Shown here: positions 41,794 through 52,146 of the stretch, one piece after another | Numbering within the stretch: the stretch's first letter is position 1 | Layout: each line of letters begins with the position of its first letter | NCBI GenBank assembly: GCA_038322925.1 | Contig: JBBQGJ010000002.1 | Coordinates: 3,544-67,543, forward strand | Origin: Mycobacteriales bacterium | Lineage (GTDB): Bacteria; Actinomycetota; Actinomycetes; Mycobacteriales; Nakamurellaceae | DNA: 64,000 nt | Reading direction: 5' to 3' | Translations under genes and position numbers: made by a program | The notes under the pieces: generated by a model | What the model was told of the DNA's origin: nothing | The model's database searches: none | The model's input: only the letters and a program-made list of their open reading frames with translations

Positions 41794-41920
41794 GTTCGAT
41801 CGGGACGTCCGGGTCTATCGGGCGCCGGGTCGAAAGGGTAACGGTGGGAATCAACTGCCGACGAGAGGTGCTCGGGCAACACCCGTTTCGCCGCGGCAGG
41901 GGGGCGCGAAAGGCGGAGCC

Positions 41921-44155
41921 ATGAAAAGAATGATCGCGGCCGCAATTGCCCTGCTGATCGCACTGGTGCTCATGCCCACGGTCGGCCCCGCCAGTTCGGT
42001 GTCCGCCGGCACCGGTGATCTACCGAGCCACGCCGCCGTTCTGACGGCGACCAGGCAAGCCACCGACTACTACCGCACCACGCTGGCCCACACGACCGTC
42101 AAGCCGACCAACGGCTGGTCGTGGGCGACGTACGCCGACGGGTTGCAGACCTTGTACCGGCAGGTGGGTGACGCGCAGTACCTGGCCGACGGCCTGAGCT
42201 GGGGCCAGTCGAACGGCTGGCAGATCCTGACCTCGGGGTCGATCAACCCGGACACCATGAAGGCCGGGAAGACCTACTACGACCTCAACGCCATCGATTC
42301 CACGGCTTCCCTTGCCGCCATGGATTCCCGGATGGCGATCGACCTCACCTCCCTGCCCGTCTCCCAGTACTACTGGATCGACGCGCTGTTCATGGGTCTG
42401 CCGGATTGGACGCGGTGGGCCACCAGGACCGGCGATCCGGCGTACTTGGACAAGATGGACGCGCTGTACGGGTGGACCCACGATCTCGGTGCGACCAGTT
42501 CGGTCTGCAACGGCCAGAGCAAGTCGCAGGCGGGGCTTTTCGATGCGGCACATGGCTTGTGGTACCGCGATTGCACGTATGTCGGGACGACTGACCCCAA
42601 CGGACAACCGGTGTTCTGGGCGCGCGGCAACGGCTGGGTGATCGCGGCGATGGCCGAGGTGCTGCAATCGCTGCCGGTCGGCGACCGGCATGCGACGAAG
42701 TACGCCGACATGCTGAGGACGATGGCGGCAAAGCTGGTGACCCTGCAGGGCAGTGACGGGTTCTGGCGCTCGAGCCTGCTGGATGCGGCTCTCTATCCAC
42801 AACCCGAGACCAGCGGCACCGGGCTGATCACCTACGCGCTGGCGTACGGCATCAAGGCCGGTCTGCTGGATGCCGCCACCTACCAGCCGGCCGTTGCGAA
42901 GGCCTGGCAGGGGCTGAGCACGATCGCGTTGCAGCCCAGCGGTTTCGTCACCAACTGCCAGCCGACGGCTGCCGCGCCGGGGGCGCCGTACACCGCCCTC
43001 GCGCCGCGGACGCCCCCTTCCGGGACCTCGTCGGGGACGGTCAATGCCGATTCGCCGCCGTTCTGCGTCGGCGCGTATCTGTTGGCCGGCAGCCAGGTTG
43101 CGGCGCTGATCCCGAGTACGTCGACCGGGCGGCCCGTCACCGCGACCGCTCAGCAGGCAGGCAACGGGGTGACCCGGGTCAACGACGGTGACGTGACCAC
43201 TCGCTGGTCGGCCCCGGCATTCCCGCAGTCGGCCACCATCGATCTCGGAGGCGCCGTGCCGATCGGCAACTCCATGCTTGTGCCCTACCTGGACCGGCCG
43301 TACCGCTACCGGATCGAGACCTCGACCGACTCCGTGAACTGGCGGTTGGTGGTCGATCAGACCGGGAACACCGCCCGCGGCAGCCGGCTGGACGAGTTCA
43401 GCACCGGAGCGGTGAACGCGCGCTACGTCCGGCTCACCGTCACCGCGGTCGACGGCGCGGGCACCACGTGGGTCAGCATCCAGGAATTCGCTGTCTATCC
43501 GCCGTCCGCGACGGCCGGTCCGACCGTGTATGCCACCGACTCCTTCGGCCGGACGGTCGCCGGCGGGCTGGGTGTCGCTGACCTCGGCGGTGGCTGGATG
43601 TCGTCGTCCTCCAGTTCGCTGTTCTCGGTCGGCGGTGGCACGGGCAAGATCAAGATGACGGCGGCCGGCGCGGGCCCGTCGGCTTTCCTGACGTCGGTGA
43701 GCGCCCGCGAGGTGGACGCACGGGTCGACGTGACGTTCGACAAGGTGGCGACCGGCGCCGGCAGCTACTTCTCGCTGGCGGTGCGGCACGCCACCGACAA
43801 CGACTACCGGGTGAAGGTGAAGCGACCGCCGACCGGCGCGGTGACGCTCTACCTGACCAAGGTGGTCGATGGCATCGAGACGACTCTGGGGAGCCCGGTC
43901 GTCAGCGGTGTCGTGCCGACAGCCGCCGACACCCTGCGGGTCCGGTTGCAAGCAAGCGGAACCGGCACCACCACGCTGAACGCGAAGGTGTGGAAGGCTG
44001 GTGCGACCGAACCGGCGGCCTGGCAGCTGGCCCGGACGGACACCACGCCGGCGCTGCAGCGCGCCGGTGGCATCGGAGTCTGGTGCTACCTGTCCGGAAG
44101 CGCGACGAACGCACCGGTGACCGCCTTGGTCGACAACCTGTCGGCGCTCTGGTGA
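41921..44155 (+). CDS. secreted GH88/GH105 glycoside hydrolase with CBM32 (F5/8C) and C-terminal beta domain
   Basis: Signal peptide MKRMIAAAIALL; WIDALFM, FWARGNGW, ETSGT; NDGDVTTRWS..ARYVRL. Confidence 0.85.
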   Translation: MKRMIAAAIALLIALVLMPTVGPASSVSAGTGDLPSHAAVLTATRQATDYYRTTLAHTTVKPTNGWSWATYADGLQTLYRQVGDAQYLADGLSWGQSNGWQILTSGSINPDTMKAGKTYYDLNAIDSTASLAAMDSRMAIDLTSLPVSQYYWIDALFMGLPDWTRWATRTGDPAYLDKMDALYGWTHDLGATSSVCNGQSKSQAGLFDAAHGLWYRDCTYVGTTDPNGQPVFWARGNGWVIAAMAEVLQSLPVGDRHATKYADMLRTMAAKLVTLQGSDGFWRSSLLDAALYPQPETSGTGLITYALAYGIKAGLLDAATYQPAVAKAWQGLSTIALQPSGFVTNCQPTAAAPGAPYTALAPRTPPSGTSSGTVNADSPPFCVGAYLLAGSQVAALIPSTSTGRPVTATAQQAGNGVTRVNDGDVTTRWSAPAFPQSATIDLGGAVPIGNSMLVPYLDRPYRYRIETSTDSVNWRLVVDQTGNTARGSRLDEFSTGAVNARYVRLTVTAVDGAGTTWVSIQEFAVYPPSATAGPTVYATDSFGRTVAGGLGVADLGGGWMSSSSSSLFSVGGGTGKIKMTAAGAGPSAFLTSVSAREVDARVDVTFDKVATGAGSYFSLAVRHATDNDYRVKVKRPPTGAVTLYLTKVVDGIETTLGSPVVSGVVPTAADTLRVRLQASGTGTTTLNAKVWKAGATEPAAWQLARTDTTPALQRAGGIGVWCYLSGSATNAPVTALVDNLSALW

Positions 44156-44242
44156 TCGCTGTCGGGAATCGGCACGGGAGTCGGTTCGGGAGTCGGCACC
44201 GTGATGGTTCGACGGCCCGCGGATTAGGGTCGGGGGGTGTCC

Positions 44243-44950
44243 ATGACCGCCGATCCCCTGCTGGACCGGTTGCGTGGGGTACGTGCTCAGGTCGACGCGG
44301 CGGCGGCCGCGGCCGGCCGGTCGCCCGACGAGGTGGCATTGTTGCTGGCCACCAAGACGGTGGCCGCCGAGCGGATCGCCCTCGCGCTGACCGGCGGGTT
44401 CACCCTGATCGGGGAGAACCGGGTGCAGGAGCTCACCGACAAGTACGACGCGCTCTGTGCGGTCCCGCACGTCACGCACTTCATCGGACACCTGCAGGCC
44501 AACAAGATCAATCAGGTGATCGGCCGGGTCGACTGCCTGGAATCGCTGGACTCGATCGAGTTGGCGCGCAAGCTCGATGCCCGGTTGTCGGCGCGCGCGC
44601 TCGACCTGGAGGTGCTGATCCAGGTGAACGTCTCGGCCGAGGAGTCGAAGTCCGGGGTGGCGCCCGATCAAGCCCTTGACCTGTTCGCGGCCGTCGCGGC
44701 GTTGCCCGGGCTGGTCGTGCGCGGGTTCATGACCATCGGGTTGAACTCCACCGACCGGGGCGCGGTCCGGGCCGGCTACCGGGCGCTCGCCGAGCTGCGG
44801 AAGTCGGCGGCCTCCTCCGGCGTGCCCGGCGCCGAGCTGGCCACGGAATTGTCGATGGGGATGAGCGGCGATTTCGCCGACGCGATCGCCGAGGGCGCCA
44901 CGATCGTGCGGATCGGGTCGGCAGTTTTCGGCCGGCGGCCGACTCGGTAA
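44243..44950 (+). CDS. yggS: PLP homeostasis protein (YggS/PLPBP)
   Basis: [38 protein letters not shown]. Confidence 0.92.
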   Translation: MTADPLLDRLRGVRAQVDAAAAAAGRSPDEVALLLATKTVAAERIALALTGGFTLIGENRVQELTDKYDALCAVPHVTHFIGHLQANKINQVIGRVDCLESLDSIELARKLDARLSARALDLEVLIQVNVSAEESKSGVAPDQALDLFAAVAALPGLVVRGFMTIGLNSTDRGAVRAGYRALAELRKSAASSGVPGAELATELSMGMSGDFADAIAEGATIVRIGSAVFGRRPTR

Positions 44951-45017
44951 CCCGTCGTCCCTGCCCGGTGGCCTGCGCAAAGGTAGCGTGATCACCACCA
45001 ACGATGAAGGGTGCGTC

Positions 45018-45962
45018 ATGGCTTACCCCGACAACCTCCTGGTCCGCGGCGAGAAGGTGATCGTCAACAAGCGTCCGCACTGGAAGGTGCTGATCCTGCC
45101 GACGATCTTGTTCGTCGTCATCATCGCCGGCGGATTCTTCCTCGCCCGATCGCTGGGCGACTGGGACTACTCCACGCAGGCCTATTGGGTGATCGGCGCC
45201 GTCGCGCTGATCGCGTTGATCGTGCTGGTCCTGGTGCCGTTCGTGCGGTGGCGGACCGAGCACTTCGTGATCACCAACCACCACGTCTTCTTCCGCACCG
45301 GGTTGCTGTCCCGCCGCGAGCACCAGATTCCGCTCGGGCAGATCGCGAACATGGAGACCGAGGTGACCTTCTGGGGCCGGTTGATGGGCTACGGCTCACT
45401 GATCGTTGAGTCCTCGGCCGATCAGCCGTTGAAGTTCCGCAATGTCGCGTCACTGGCGAAGGTGCAGTCCCAGCTCAATCAGCTGATCAGGGACGAGCGG
45501 GAGCGCACGCACCGCGGCGGGGACCGTCCCGACCGTTCCGACTTCGACGACAGCGCCGACGGTGCCGACCGCAACGATCAGCCGCCGGCCGGTTATCCAC
45601 AGCAGGGTTACCAGCAGCCGCCACCGGGCCAGCCGCAGCAGTACCCGCCGCAGCTGGGCTATCCGGCCACGCAGCAGTACCCGACCCAGCAGGGGTATCC
45701 GACGCCGCAGGGTTACCCGACGCCGCAGGGTTACCCGACGCCGCAGGGTTACCCGACGCCGCAGGGTTACCCGGCTCAGGGCGGTCCGGGCCAGCAGGGC
45801 TCCTCCGGCCAGCAGGGCTCCTCCGCCCAGCAGGGGTACCCGCAGCAGCAGTCGTACCCGCAGCAGGGTTACCCGGCACCGCCGCGCGACTCCTCGCCTC
45901 CACCGCCGTCGGCTCCGTCCGGCGCTGCGCCCGATGAGGGTCGCCCCGCGCAGCAGACTTGA
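45018..45962 (+). CDS. bacterial PH-domain membrane protein with Gln/Pro/Gly/Tyr-rich tail
   Basis: [13 protein letters not shown], two TMs, GRLMGYGSL; conserved birA-region gene. Confidence 0.85.
   Translation: MAYPDNLLVRGEKVIVNKRPHWKVLILPTILFVVIIAGGFFLARSLGDWDYSTQAYWVIGAVALIALIVLVLVPFVRWRTEHFVITNHHVFFRTGLLSRREHQIPLGQIANMETEVTFWGRLMGYGSLIVESSADQPLKFRNVASLAKVQSQLNQLIRDERERTHRGGDRPDRSDFDDSADGADRNDQPPAGYPQQGYQQPPPGQPQQYPPQLGYPATQQYPTQQGYPTPQGYPTPQGYPTPQGYPTPQGYPAQGGPGQQGSSGQQGSSAQQGYPQQQSYPQQGYPAPPRDSSPPPPSAPSGAAPDEGRPAQQT
45660..45772 (+). repeat. 18-bp coding tandem repeat (PTPQGY)
   Basis: CCGACGCCGCAGGGTTAC x4 plus degenerate copies. Confidence 0.85.
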
Positions 45963-47488
45963 GCACCGACGCGATGGACGAATCGGGGATTCGGGCGCGC
46001 ATCATTGCCGGCGGAGCGCCGCGTTATCACCAGGCGAACTCGGCCAAAGGCAAGCTCTTCGCCCGCGACCGGATCGCCCGGCTGGTGGACGACGGGTCGT
46101 TCGTCGAGGACGGGATGTTCGCCAATGCACTGGCCGATGGCCTGCCTGCCGACGGTGTGATCACCGGATCTGCCGCCGTCGACGGCCGCCGGGTGTGCCT
46201 GATGGCCAACGACTCCACCGTCAAGGCGGGCTCGTGGGGCGCACGCACCGTGGAGAAGATCATCAGGGTCATCGAGCGCGCGTACGCGACCGGGGTGCCG
46301 ATGATCTACCTGGTCGACTCGGCGGGGGCGCGGATCACCGATCAGGTCGAGCTGTTTCCCGGCCGGCGTGGTGCCGGCAAGATATTCCACTCCCAGGTGC
46401 GGGCGTCGGGATCGATCCCGCAGGTCTGCGCGCTGTTCGGGCCGTCCGCCGCGGGCGGTGCCTACATCCCGGCGTTCTGCGACATCGTGGTGATGGTGGC
46501 AGGGAACGCCTCGATGTACCTGGGCAGCGACCGGATGGTCGAGATGGTGACGGGGGAGAAGACCACCCTGGAGGAGATGGGCGGCGCGACGATGCACACC
46601 ACGGTGTCCGGGGTGGGGCACCTGTTGGTGACGACCGAGGATGAGGCGCTGGCCGCGGTCCGTCGCTACCTGTCGTACATGCCGGACAATTGGACCGGCC
46701 AGCCACCGGTCGCGCCGCCGACCGGCCCCGGCAAGGGGGACCTGCGCGCGCTGGTGCCGGGCTCCGAGCGGCAGGCGTTCGACATGCGGCGGTACGCCCG
46801 CGCGCTGCTCGACGACGGGTCGCTGTTCGAGATCCACCCCGGCTGGGCCCGGGAGGTGCTGGTCGGGCTCGGCCGGCTGGACGGCCGCGTGGTCGGTATG
46901 GTCGGCAACAACTCGCTGTTCAAGGGCGGCGTGCTGTTCGTCGACTCTGCCGACAAGGCAACGCATTTCGTGCAGCTGTGCGACGCGTTCAACATCCCGC
47001 TGATCTTCCTGTCGGACGTCCCCGGCTTCATGGTCGGGGCGGCGGTGGAACGGCAGGGGATCATCCGACACGGCGCGAAGATGATCACCGCGGTGTCCGA
47101 GGCGACGGTGCCCAAATTCTGCGTGGTGGTGCGCAAGGCTTACGGCGCCGGGCTGTACGCGATGGCCGGGCCGGGGTTCGAGCCGGACGCCACGCTGGCG
47201 CTGCCGACCGCGAAGATCGCCGTGATGGGCGCAGAGGCAGCCGTGAACGCCGTGTACGCCAACAAGATCGCCGCGCTGGCCGATGATGCGGAGCGGGCCA
47301 CCTTCGTGGCGGAGCGTCGCGAGGAGTACGAGCGGGACATCGACATCGTGCACCTGGCCACGGAATTGGTGGTCGATGCGCTGGTCGAGCCGGAGGACCT
47401 GCGCGGCGAACTGATCACCAGGCTGGCCGCGGCCCGCGGCAAGGACCGCAGTTTCTCCCGGCGGCGGCACGGGGTCAGCCCGGTCTGA
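45959..47488 (+). CDS. second acyl-CoA carboxylase beta subunit (MCCB/YngE-like)
   Basis: [40 protein letters not shown]. Confidence 0.9.
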   Translation: MSTDAMDESGIRARIIAGGAPRYHQANSAKGKLFARDRIARLVDDGSFVEDGMFANALADGLPADGVITGSAAVDGRRVCLMANDSTVKAGSWGARTVEKIIRVIERAYATGVPMIYLVDSAGARITDQVELFPGRRGAGKIFHSQVRASGSIPQVCALFGPSAAGGAYIPAFCDIVVMVAGNASMYLGSDRMVEMVTGEKTTLEEMGGATMHTTVSGVGHLLVTTEDEALAAVRRYLSYMPDNWTGQPPVAPPTGPGKGDLRALVPGSERQAFDMRRYARALLDDGSLFEIHPGWAREVLVGLGRLDGRVVGMVGNNSLFKGGVLFVDSADKATHFVQLCDAFNIPLIFLSDVPGFMVGAAVERQGIIRHGAKMITAVSEATVPKFCVVVRKAYGAGLYAMAGPGFEPDATLALPTAKIAVMGAEAAVNAVYANKIAALADDAERATFVAERREEYERDIDIVHLATELVVDALVEPEDLRGELITRLAAARGKDRSFSRRRHGVSPV

Positions 47489-47640
47489 GCCCGTCGTCAG
47501 GTCGGTTGTCAGATCGGTGCCGATGAAGGTCCTCGCGGGAAATCGCAGGGACCGGCCAGCCCTCGTCCAGCCGCGGGGGCGGATGCGCGCCCGCGCGGTG
47601 AGCAGCGGGAATCGGATCCTGGTGGCTCCCTCGTCGGTGG

Positions 47641-48786
47641 TCATGATTGTCCTTGCGCTGCCAGTAGTCCGAACATCGGCTCGAAGTCGTAGGAGCGGGT
47701 GCTGTTGGTCATGACGACGATGCCGACACCCTGGTCGGGGTAGAGGCGCACGACGTTCCAGAACCCGGCGCCGGTGCCGAAGTGCTCCACGTGATTTCCC
47801 CGGCCGGCGTATTTCCCCCTGCCGGGCCGACGGAACCACCCGATTCCGTGGTCGAACGGCGAGCCCGGGTGATCGATGACCCGCATCGCGCGGGCGGTTT
47901 GCGGGCGAAGGACGCGCGTTCCGTCGAGCTCACCGTCACGCAGATGAAGGCGCATCAGCCTGCCCGCATCCAGCACGCCACCGACCAGACCGCCGTAGGC
48001 AGGCCCATCCACGTAGAACGGGTTCAGCGACAGGAACGACCCGTGTCGTTCCCCTGCGACGCCGGGCGGCAGCATTCGGCGCAGCACCGGATCCGCGATC
48101 CTCGGTGCCCTGACGTAACCGGTCGCGGTGTCAGCGCCGGCCGGGGCAACGAACGCGGTGCGGTTCATCGCCAATGGACGCAGAACCGTTTGCTGCACAT
48201 AGGTTTCGAAGGGCATACCCGCTGCAGCAGCGATCACCTCGCCGACGGCGAGGTAGCCGACGTTCGAATACCTGGCGGCCTCGCCCACCGGGTAGCGGTA
48301 GGCCCGGCGGTGCATCAGGTGGCGCAACAGATCCCGGGGTTCCGGGGGCTCGGCGTCCGCCCGGTGGGCCCAGCGGATCGGCAGCGGGTTGCCCAGACCC
48401 GCGGTGTGGGTCAGTAGCTGCTGCACCGTCGGTTGGTTGGAGCCAGGCGCGCGCAGGTCGTCAACGTACTCTGCCGCCGGCGCGGCCAGGTCCAGACGGC
48501 CGTCGTCGACGAGCCGGAGCGCGGCGGTAGCCGTGACGATCTTCGTCATGGAGAACCACAGGTACGCCGTCGACGCGGTGGCCGGCCTGTTCGATTCCCG
48601 GTCGGCCAGGCCGAACCCGCCGGCGAACTGGACACGATCACGATCGACCACGGCGATCGACAGGCCGGGGATGCTGTTCGCGCGCATCATCTCGACAACC
48701 GCAGCAGTGACTGCGGACGGCGGCGCGTCGCCCGAGATGTTCGACTGCGTCACGTTCCCCGAAGTACTGCGAACTCGTAGTATCAT
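47641..48786 (-). CDS. serine hydrolase, beta-lactamase family
   Basis: SMTK (SxxK), LLTHTAG, YSN, HFG; true start possibly GTG 48753. Confidence 0.88.
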   Translation of the reverse strand: MILRVRSTSGNVTQSNISGDAPPSAVTAAVVEMMRANSIPGLSIAVVDRDRVQFAGGFGLADRESNRPATASTAYLWFSMTKIVTATAALRLVDDGRLDLAAPAAEYVDDLRAPGSNQPTVQQLLTHTAGLGNPLPIRWAHRADAEPPEPRDLLRHLMHRRAYRYPVGEAARYSNVGYLAVGEVIAAAAGMPFETYVQQTVLRPLAMNRTAFVAPAGADTATGYVRAPRIADPVLRRMLPPGVAGERHGSFLSLNPFYVDGPAYGGLVGGVLDAGRLMRLHLRDGELDGTRVLRPQTARAMRVIDHPGSPFDHGIGWFRRPGRGKYAGRGNHVEHFGTGAGFWNVVRLYPDQGVGIVVMTNSTRSYDFEPMFGLLAAQGQS

Positions 48787-48815
48787 GGCAATATGGTGCG
48801 AGTTCGTAGTACTTC
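48761..48815. promoter_or_regulatory. 17-bp inverted repeat, likely MarR operator
   Basis: GAAGTACTGCGAACTCG...CGAGTTCGTAGTACTTC (16/17 match) between divergent genes. Confidence 0.65.
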
Positions 48816-49317
48816 TGTCAAGCCGCTCTCTGCGTCCGAAGTACGGGCCGCGAACGTCGACCCGTTGTTCCTGGTCTGGATCGTGTCCCGATCGACCGAG
48901 GATCTGCTGGACACGGTGCTCGCTCCCGCCGGCGTGACCGGAGACGAGTTCGCGATCTATTCGGTGCTGCGCGCATCACCGGGAATCACCCCCGGCGAGC
49001 TGAGCCGATGGATGGCCGCACCCGCCACTTCAGTGTCCAGCTACGTCAAACGGCTGCAAGCGCGCGGCCATCTCGAACGTCAGCCACACCCCAGCGATCG
49101 CCGGTCGTACCGCATCCGGCTCACCGCAGCGGGGGAGCGGGCCTATCAGGCGGGATCCGCGCTCTTCGGACCCGTCCGGGACAGGGTGATCCGAACCCTG
49201 GGCGACCGGGACAACGCAGTCAGGGAGGCACTGCTCACCGTGCGCGGCGTGGTCGACACCGTGCGGGCCGACATGGACCACGGTGATGATCGGCCGAATG
49301 ACCTGACGGTTCGTTGA
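48793..49317 (+). CDS. MarR-family regulator
   Basis: VKRLQARGHLERQPHPSDRRS..LTAAG; start uncertain. Confidence 0.87.
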   Translation: MVRVRSTSVKPLSASEVRAANVDPLFLVWIVSRSTEDLLDTVLAPAGVTGDEFAIYSVLRASPGITPGELSRWMAAPATSVSSYVKRLQARGHLERQPHPSDRRSYRIRLTAAGERAYQAGSALFGPVRDRVIRTLGDRDNAVREALLTVRGVVDTVRADMDHGDDRPNDLTVR

Positions 49318-49339
49318 ATCCGTTGGCAGAAAATAGGTC

Positions 49340-49520
49340 TCGACGAAAAGCCCCGGTGCGGTGGGCGACTGGGCGACCGAGGTCTGCGGCAGTTCCAGGT
49401 GGCAGCGGGAGACGCGCGGCAGCGCGGCGGCGTCGCGGGACATGAACGCCCGCAACATGTCCCGGTGCTGGGCGTGCAGGTCGCTGCGGTGGGTATCGGT
49501 GATGCCGACGGATGCTGCGG
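49340..49520 (-). pseudogene. GntR FCD-domain C-terminal remnant
   Basis: LHAQHRDMLRAFMSRDAAAL..SRCHL resembles the FCD end; no HTH upstream. Confidence 0.45.
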
Positions 49521-49534
49521 CTACGTCCGTGCTA

Positions 49535-49558
49535 GTATCTGCGCATGGATGCAGATAC
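49535..49558. promoter_or_regulatory. ArsR (KmtR-like) operator palindrome over a probable leaderless start
   Basis: GTATCTGC-N8-GCAGATAC spanning ATG 49545; -10-like TAGTAT at 49533. Confidence 0.7.
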
Positions 49559-49934
49559 GCAACAACGCAGCCAGCCATTGCCCGCCGATCAGGTCGCACT
49601 GACCGTCGAGGTGTTCCGGATGCTTGCCGAGGGCACCAGGATCCAGATCCTGTGGGCGCTGATCGACGGTGAGATGGCCGTCAGCGAGATTGCCGAGATG
49701 CTCGGCAAGCCCGGCCCGGCGGTGTCCCAGCACCTCGCGAAACTGCGGATGGCCAGGCTCGTCCGGACCAGGCGGGAGGGCACCTCGGTGCTCTATCAGC
49801 TGGAGAACGACCATGTCAGGCAGCTGATCGTCGACGCCGTCCAGAACGCCGAGCACGCGGGTCATACGGTCCCTGCGCATCACCAGCACGCCGAGGGTGT
49901 CACCTCGATCAGCGGGTCGAGATCCGCGAGATGA
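49545..49934 (+). CDS. ArsR/SmtB metalloregulator (KmtR-like)
   Basis: VEVFRMLA, VSQHLAKLRMARLV, ENDH..NAEH..PAHH. Confidence 0.88.
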   Translation: MDADTQQRSQPLPADQVALTVEVFRMLAEGTRIQILWALIDGEMAVSEIAEMLGKPGPAVSQHLAKLRMARLVRTRREGTSVLYQLENDHVRQLIVDAVQNAEHAGHTVPAHHQHAEGVTSISGSRSAR

Positions 49935-50953
49935 CCGAGATCCACGCGCATTCCCATGATCATCACCAGCACGAGCGGGAGCATCATTCCGGTTGGCGCG
50001 CCGGGGTGGCCGCCGCTTTCACTTCCGCGCTCCCCCTGCACAGCCACGACAGCGCCGACTCGGTCGATTCCGCGCTGCGGGGCAGCAGCCAGGGCATCCG
50101 GGCGGTGAAGATCAGCCTGGCCGTGCTCGGCGTCACCGCACTGCTCCAGCTGCTCGTCGTGGCGGCCAGCGGGTCGGTGGCGCTGCTCGCGGACTCCGTG
50201 CACAACGTCGCCGACGCGCTGACCGCGGTGCCGCTGTGGATCGCCTTCGCGCTCTCCCGCCGGGCCGCGTCCCGGCGGTACACCTATGGCTTCGGCCGGG
50301 TCGAGGACCTGGCCGGACTCTTCGTCATCGCGATGATCGCCCTGTCCGCGGTCGTCGCCGGATGGCAGGCGATCAGCCGGCTGGTCAACCCCACTCCGGT
50401 CGAGCACCTGGGATGGGTCGCGGTGGCCGGGATCATCGGCTTCGCCGGCAACGAACTCGTTGCGCTGTACCGGATCCGGGTGGGCCGCCGGATCGGATCG
50501 GGCGCGCTAGTGGCCGACGGGCTGCATGCCCGCACCGACGGGCTCACCTCGCTGGCCGTGGTGCTCGGCGCGGCCGGGGTCGCCCTCGGCTGGCCGGCCG
50601 CCGACCCTGTCATCGGCCTGCTCATCACGGTCGCGATCCTCGGGGTGCTGCGCGGCGCCGCCCGCGATGTCTTCCGCCGGCTGCTCGACGGGGTCGACCC
50701 GACGCTCGTCGACACGGCTGAGCGGGCGCTGCTGGACACGGACGGTGTGCTCGGCGTCCGGCACGTCCAGCTGCGCTGGCTGGGGCATACCCTCCGCGCG
50801 GAGGCGGATGTCGAGGTCGATCCGAGGATCACCGCCGCCCGGGCGCACCAGATCGCGCACCGCGCCGAGGCGCACCTGTTCGCGCGAGTGGCGCGGCTGG
50901 AACACGCCACCATCCAGACCAGCCCCGCGGGCACGCACGCCGTTGCACCATGA
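49931..50953 (+). CDS. cation diffusion facilitator metal transporter
   Basis: His-rich N-terminus, LADSVHNVADA, YTYGFGRVED, ADGLHARTD. Confidence 0.92.
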   Translation: MTEIHAHSHDHHQHEREHHSGWRAGVAAAFTSALPLHSHDSADSVDSALRGSSQGIRAVKISLAVLGVTALLQLLVVAASGSVALLADSVHNVADALTAVPLWIAFALSRRAASRRYTYGFGRVEDLAGLFVIAMIALSAVVAGWQAISRLVNPTPVEHLGWVAVAGIIGFAGNELVALYRIRVGRRIGSGALVADGLHARTDGLTSLAVVLGAAGVALGWPAADPVIGLLITVAILGVLRGAARDVFRRLLDGVDPTLVDTAERALLDTDGVLGVRHVQLRWLGHTLRAEADVEVDPRITAARAHQIAHRAEAHLFARVARLEHATIQTSPAGTHAVAP

Positions 50954-51005
50954 CAAACGTTGCGGGAAAGCCGTTCTCAGTGAGCAACTTCAAGAAGGGG
51001 ATCTG

Positions 51006-51683
51006 ATGGGTCACATTCACGCCCACTCGGCGCACGACCATCATGGCGCCGACGACCCCGGTGCGCTGATCCACTGGCCACGCCGCTACGACCTGATGGT
51101 CGCATTCATGTTCGCCGGTCGCGGCCGCCGGTTCCGCGGGTATCTCGCGGACGTTCTCGGCGTCGACCCGGGTGATCGGGTTCTCGACGTAGGTTGCGGC
51201 ACAGGCACGCTGGCCCTCGTGTTGGCCGGGCGGGCCGGACCGCAGGGCGCGGTGATCGGGGTCGACGCCGCTGCGGAGATGATCGCCGCGGCGCAGGCGA
51301 AGGCAGGCGGTCAGAAGGGTACCCCGACGTTCCGGGTCGCCCCCGCCCAGGATCTGCCCTTCGCGGACGGGTCGTTCGATGCCGTGTCGACCAGCCTGAT
51401 GATCCACCATTTGCCGGAGGCTGATCGGGTCGGCGCGATCCGCGAGACGCTCCGGGTCCTCCGGCCAGGCGGACGGCTGCTCATCGTGGAGTTCCAGGCG
51501 CCACGGGGCCGCGCCGGCAAGCGGATCACCAGACATCTGTTCGGGCACGCGATGGCCGACAACACCATCGATCAGGTCGCCGCGGTGACCGCCGAAGCGG
51601 GCGCCGCCGGGGTGGAGTGCCACCCCAGTGGCGTCGGCTGGTTGGGGCTGATCACCGCCTCGAGGCGGGCCGCGGAGAGCTGA
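51006..51683 (+). CDS. SAM-dependent methyltransferase with His-rich N-terminus
   Basis: VLDVGCGTG, LPFADGSFD, RVLRPGG. Confidence 0.88.
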   Translation: MGHIHAHSAHDHHGADDPGALIHWPRRYDLMVAFMFAGRGRRFRGYLADVLGVDPGDRVLDVGCGTGTLALVLAGRAGPQGAVIGVDAAAEMIAAAQAKAGGQKGTPTFRVAPAQDLPFADGSFDAVSTSLMIHHLPEADRVGAIRETLRVLRPGGRLLIVEFQAPRGRAGKRITRHLFGHAMADNTIDQVAAVTAEAGAAGVECHPSGVGWLGLITASRRAAES

Positions 51684-51710
51684 CGGCTCCAGGTCGAGCC
51701 GTGCCGGTGA

Positions 51711-52076
51711 TCAGCGGGTCGGCGGCGTGAACTCCGGCTGATCGAGCAGTCGCAGCCAGCTGCCGTCGGGTTGCCGGCGCACCACCTGCGCGCGGGCCCC
51801 CGAACCGTCCTTCGGTGGGGTCGAGGTCAACGCGATGTCGCCGCTGACCAACGTCGGAAGCGGCGGTTCCGGTTCGAAGTGCGGCCGGTCCGCCAGCACC
51901 TTCTCCCACAGCTCGCGGATGGCCTCGCGGCCCACCGTGGTGCTGCCGGGTGGGAAGGCCATCACCGCGTGCTCCTCGTACAGGGCCGCGAGCCCGGCGG
52001 CGTCGCCGGCGTTGGCGCGTTCGACGAACAATCGGGTCAGGTCCTCCGGCTTGGTGGCCTTCTCGTCTTCTGTCAT
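51711..52076 (-). CDS. NTF2/SnoaL-like (YybH-type) protein
   Basis: ANAGD..LAALYE, GREAIR, RRQPDGSW. Confidence 0.85.
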   Translation of the reverse strand: MTEDEKATKPEDLTRLFVERANAGDAAGLAALYEEHAVMAFPPGSTTVGREAIRELWEKVLADRPHFEPEPPLPTLVSGDIALTSTPPKDGSGARAQVVRRQPDGSWLRLLDQPEFTPPTR

Positions 52077-52146
52077 GAGCCCACCCTGGAGGCGGATTGA
52101 TCAGAAGTCCAACAGATAATCGTGATGGTTGCTAGAATCGCAGGTT

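Noticed and set aside
41189-41920. 244-aa N-terminal extension of the glycoside hydrolase ORF
   Set aside because: RBS and signal peptide at 41921 mark the real start; the extension has no protein-like features
17947-44223. CCCGCGGA at both ends of the accessory block as att or target duplication
   Set aside because: Only 8 GC-rich bases and no recombinase; likely chance
42020-45019. 999-aa antisense ORF and similar long overlapping ORFs (12300-14315, 28807-30495, 45869-47839, 57919-59916, 2074-3786)
   Set aside because: Shadow frames of well-supported genes, expected in high-GC DNA
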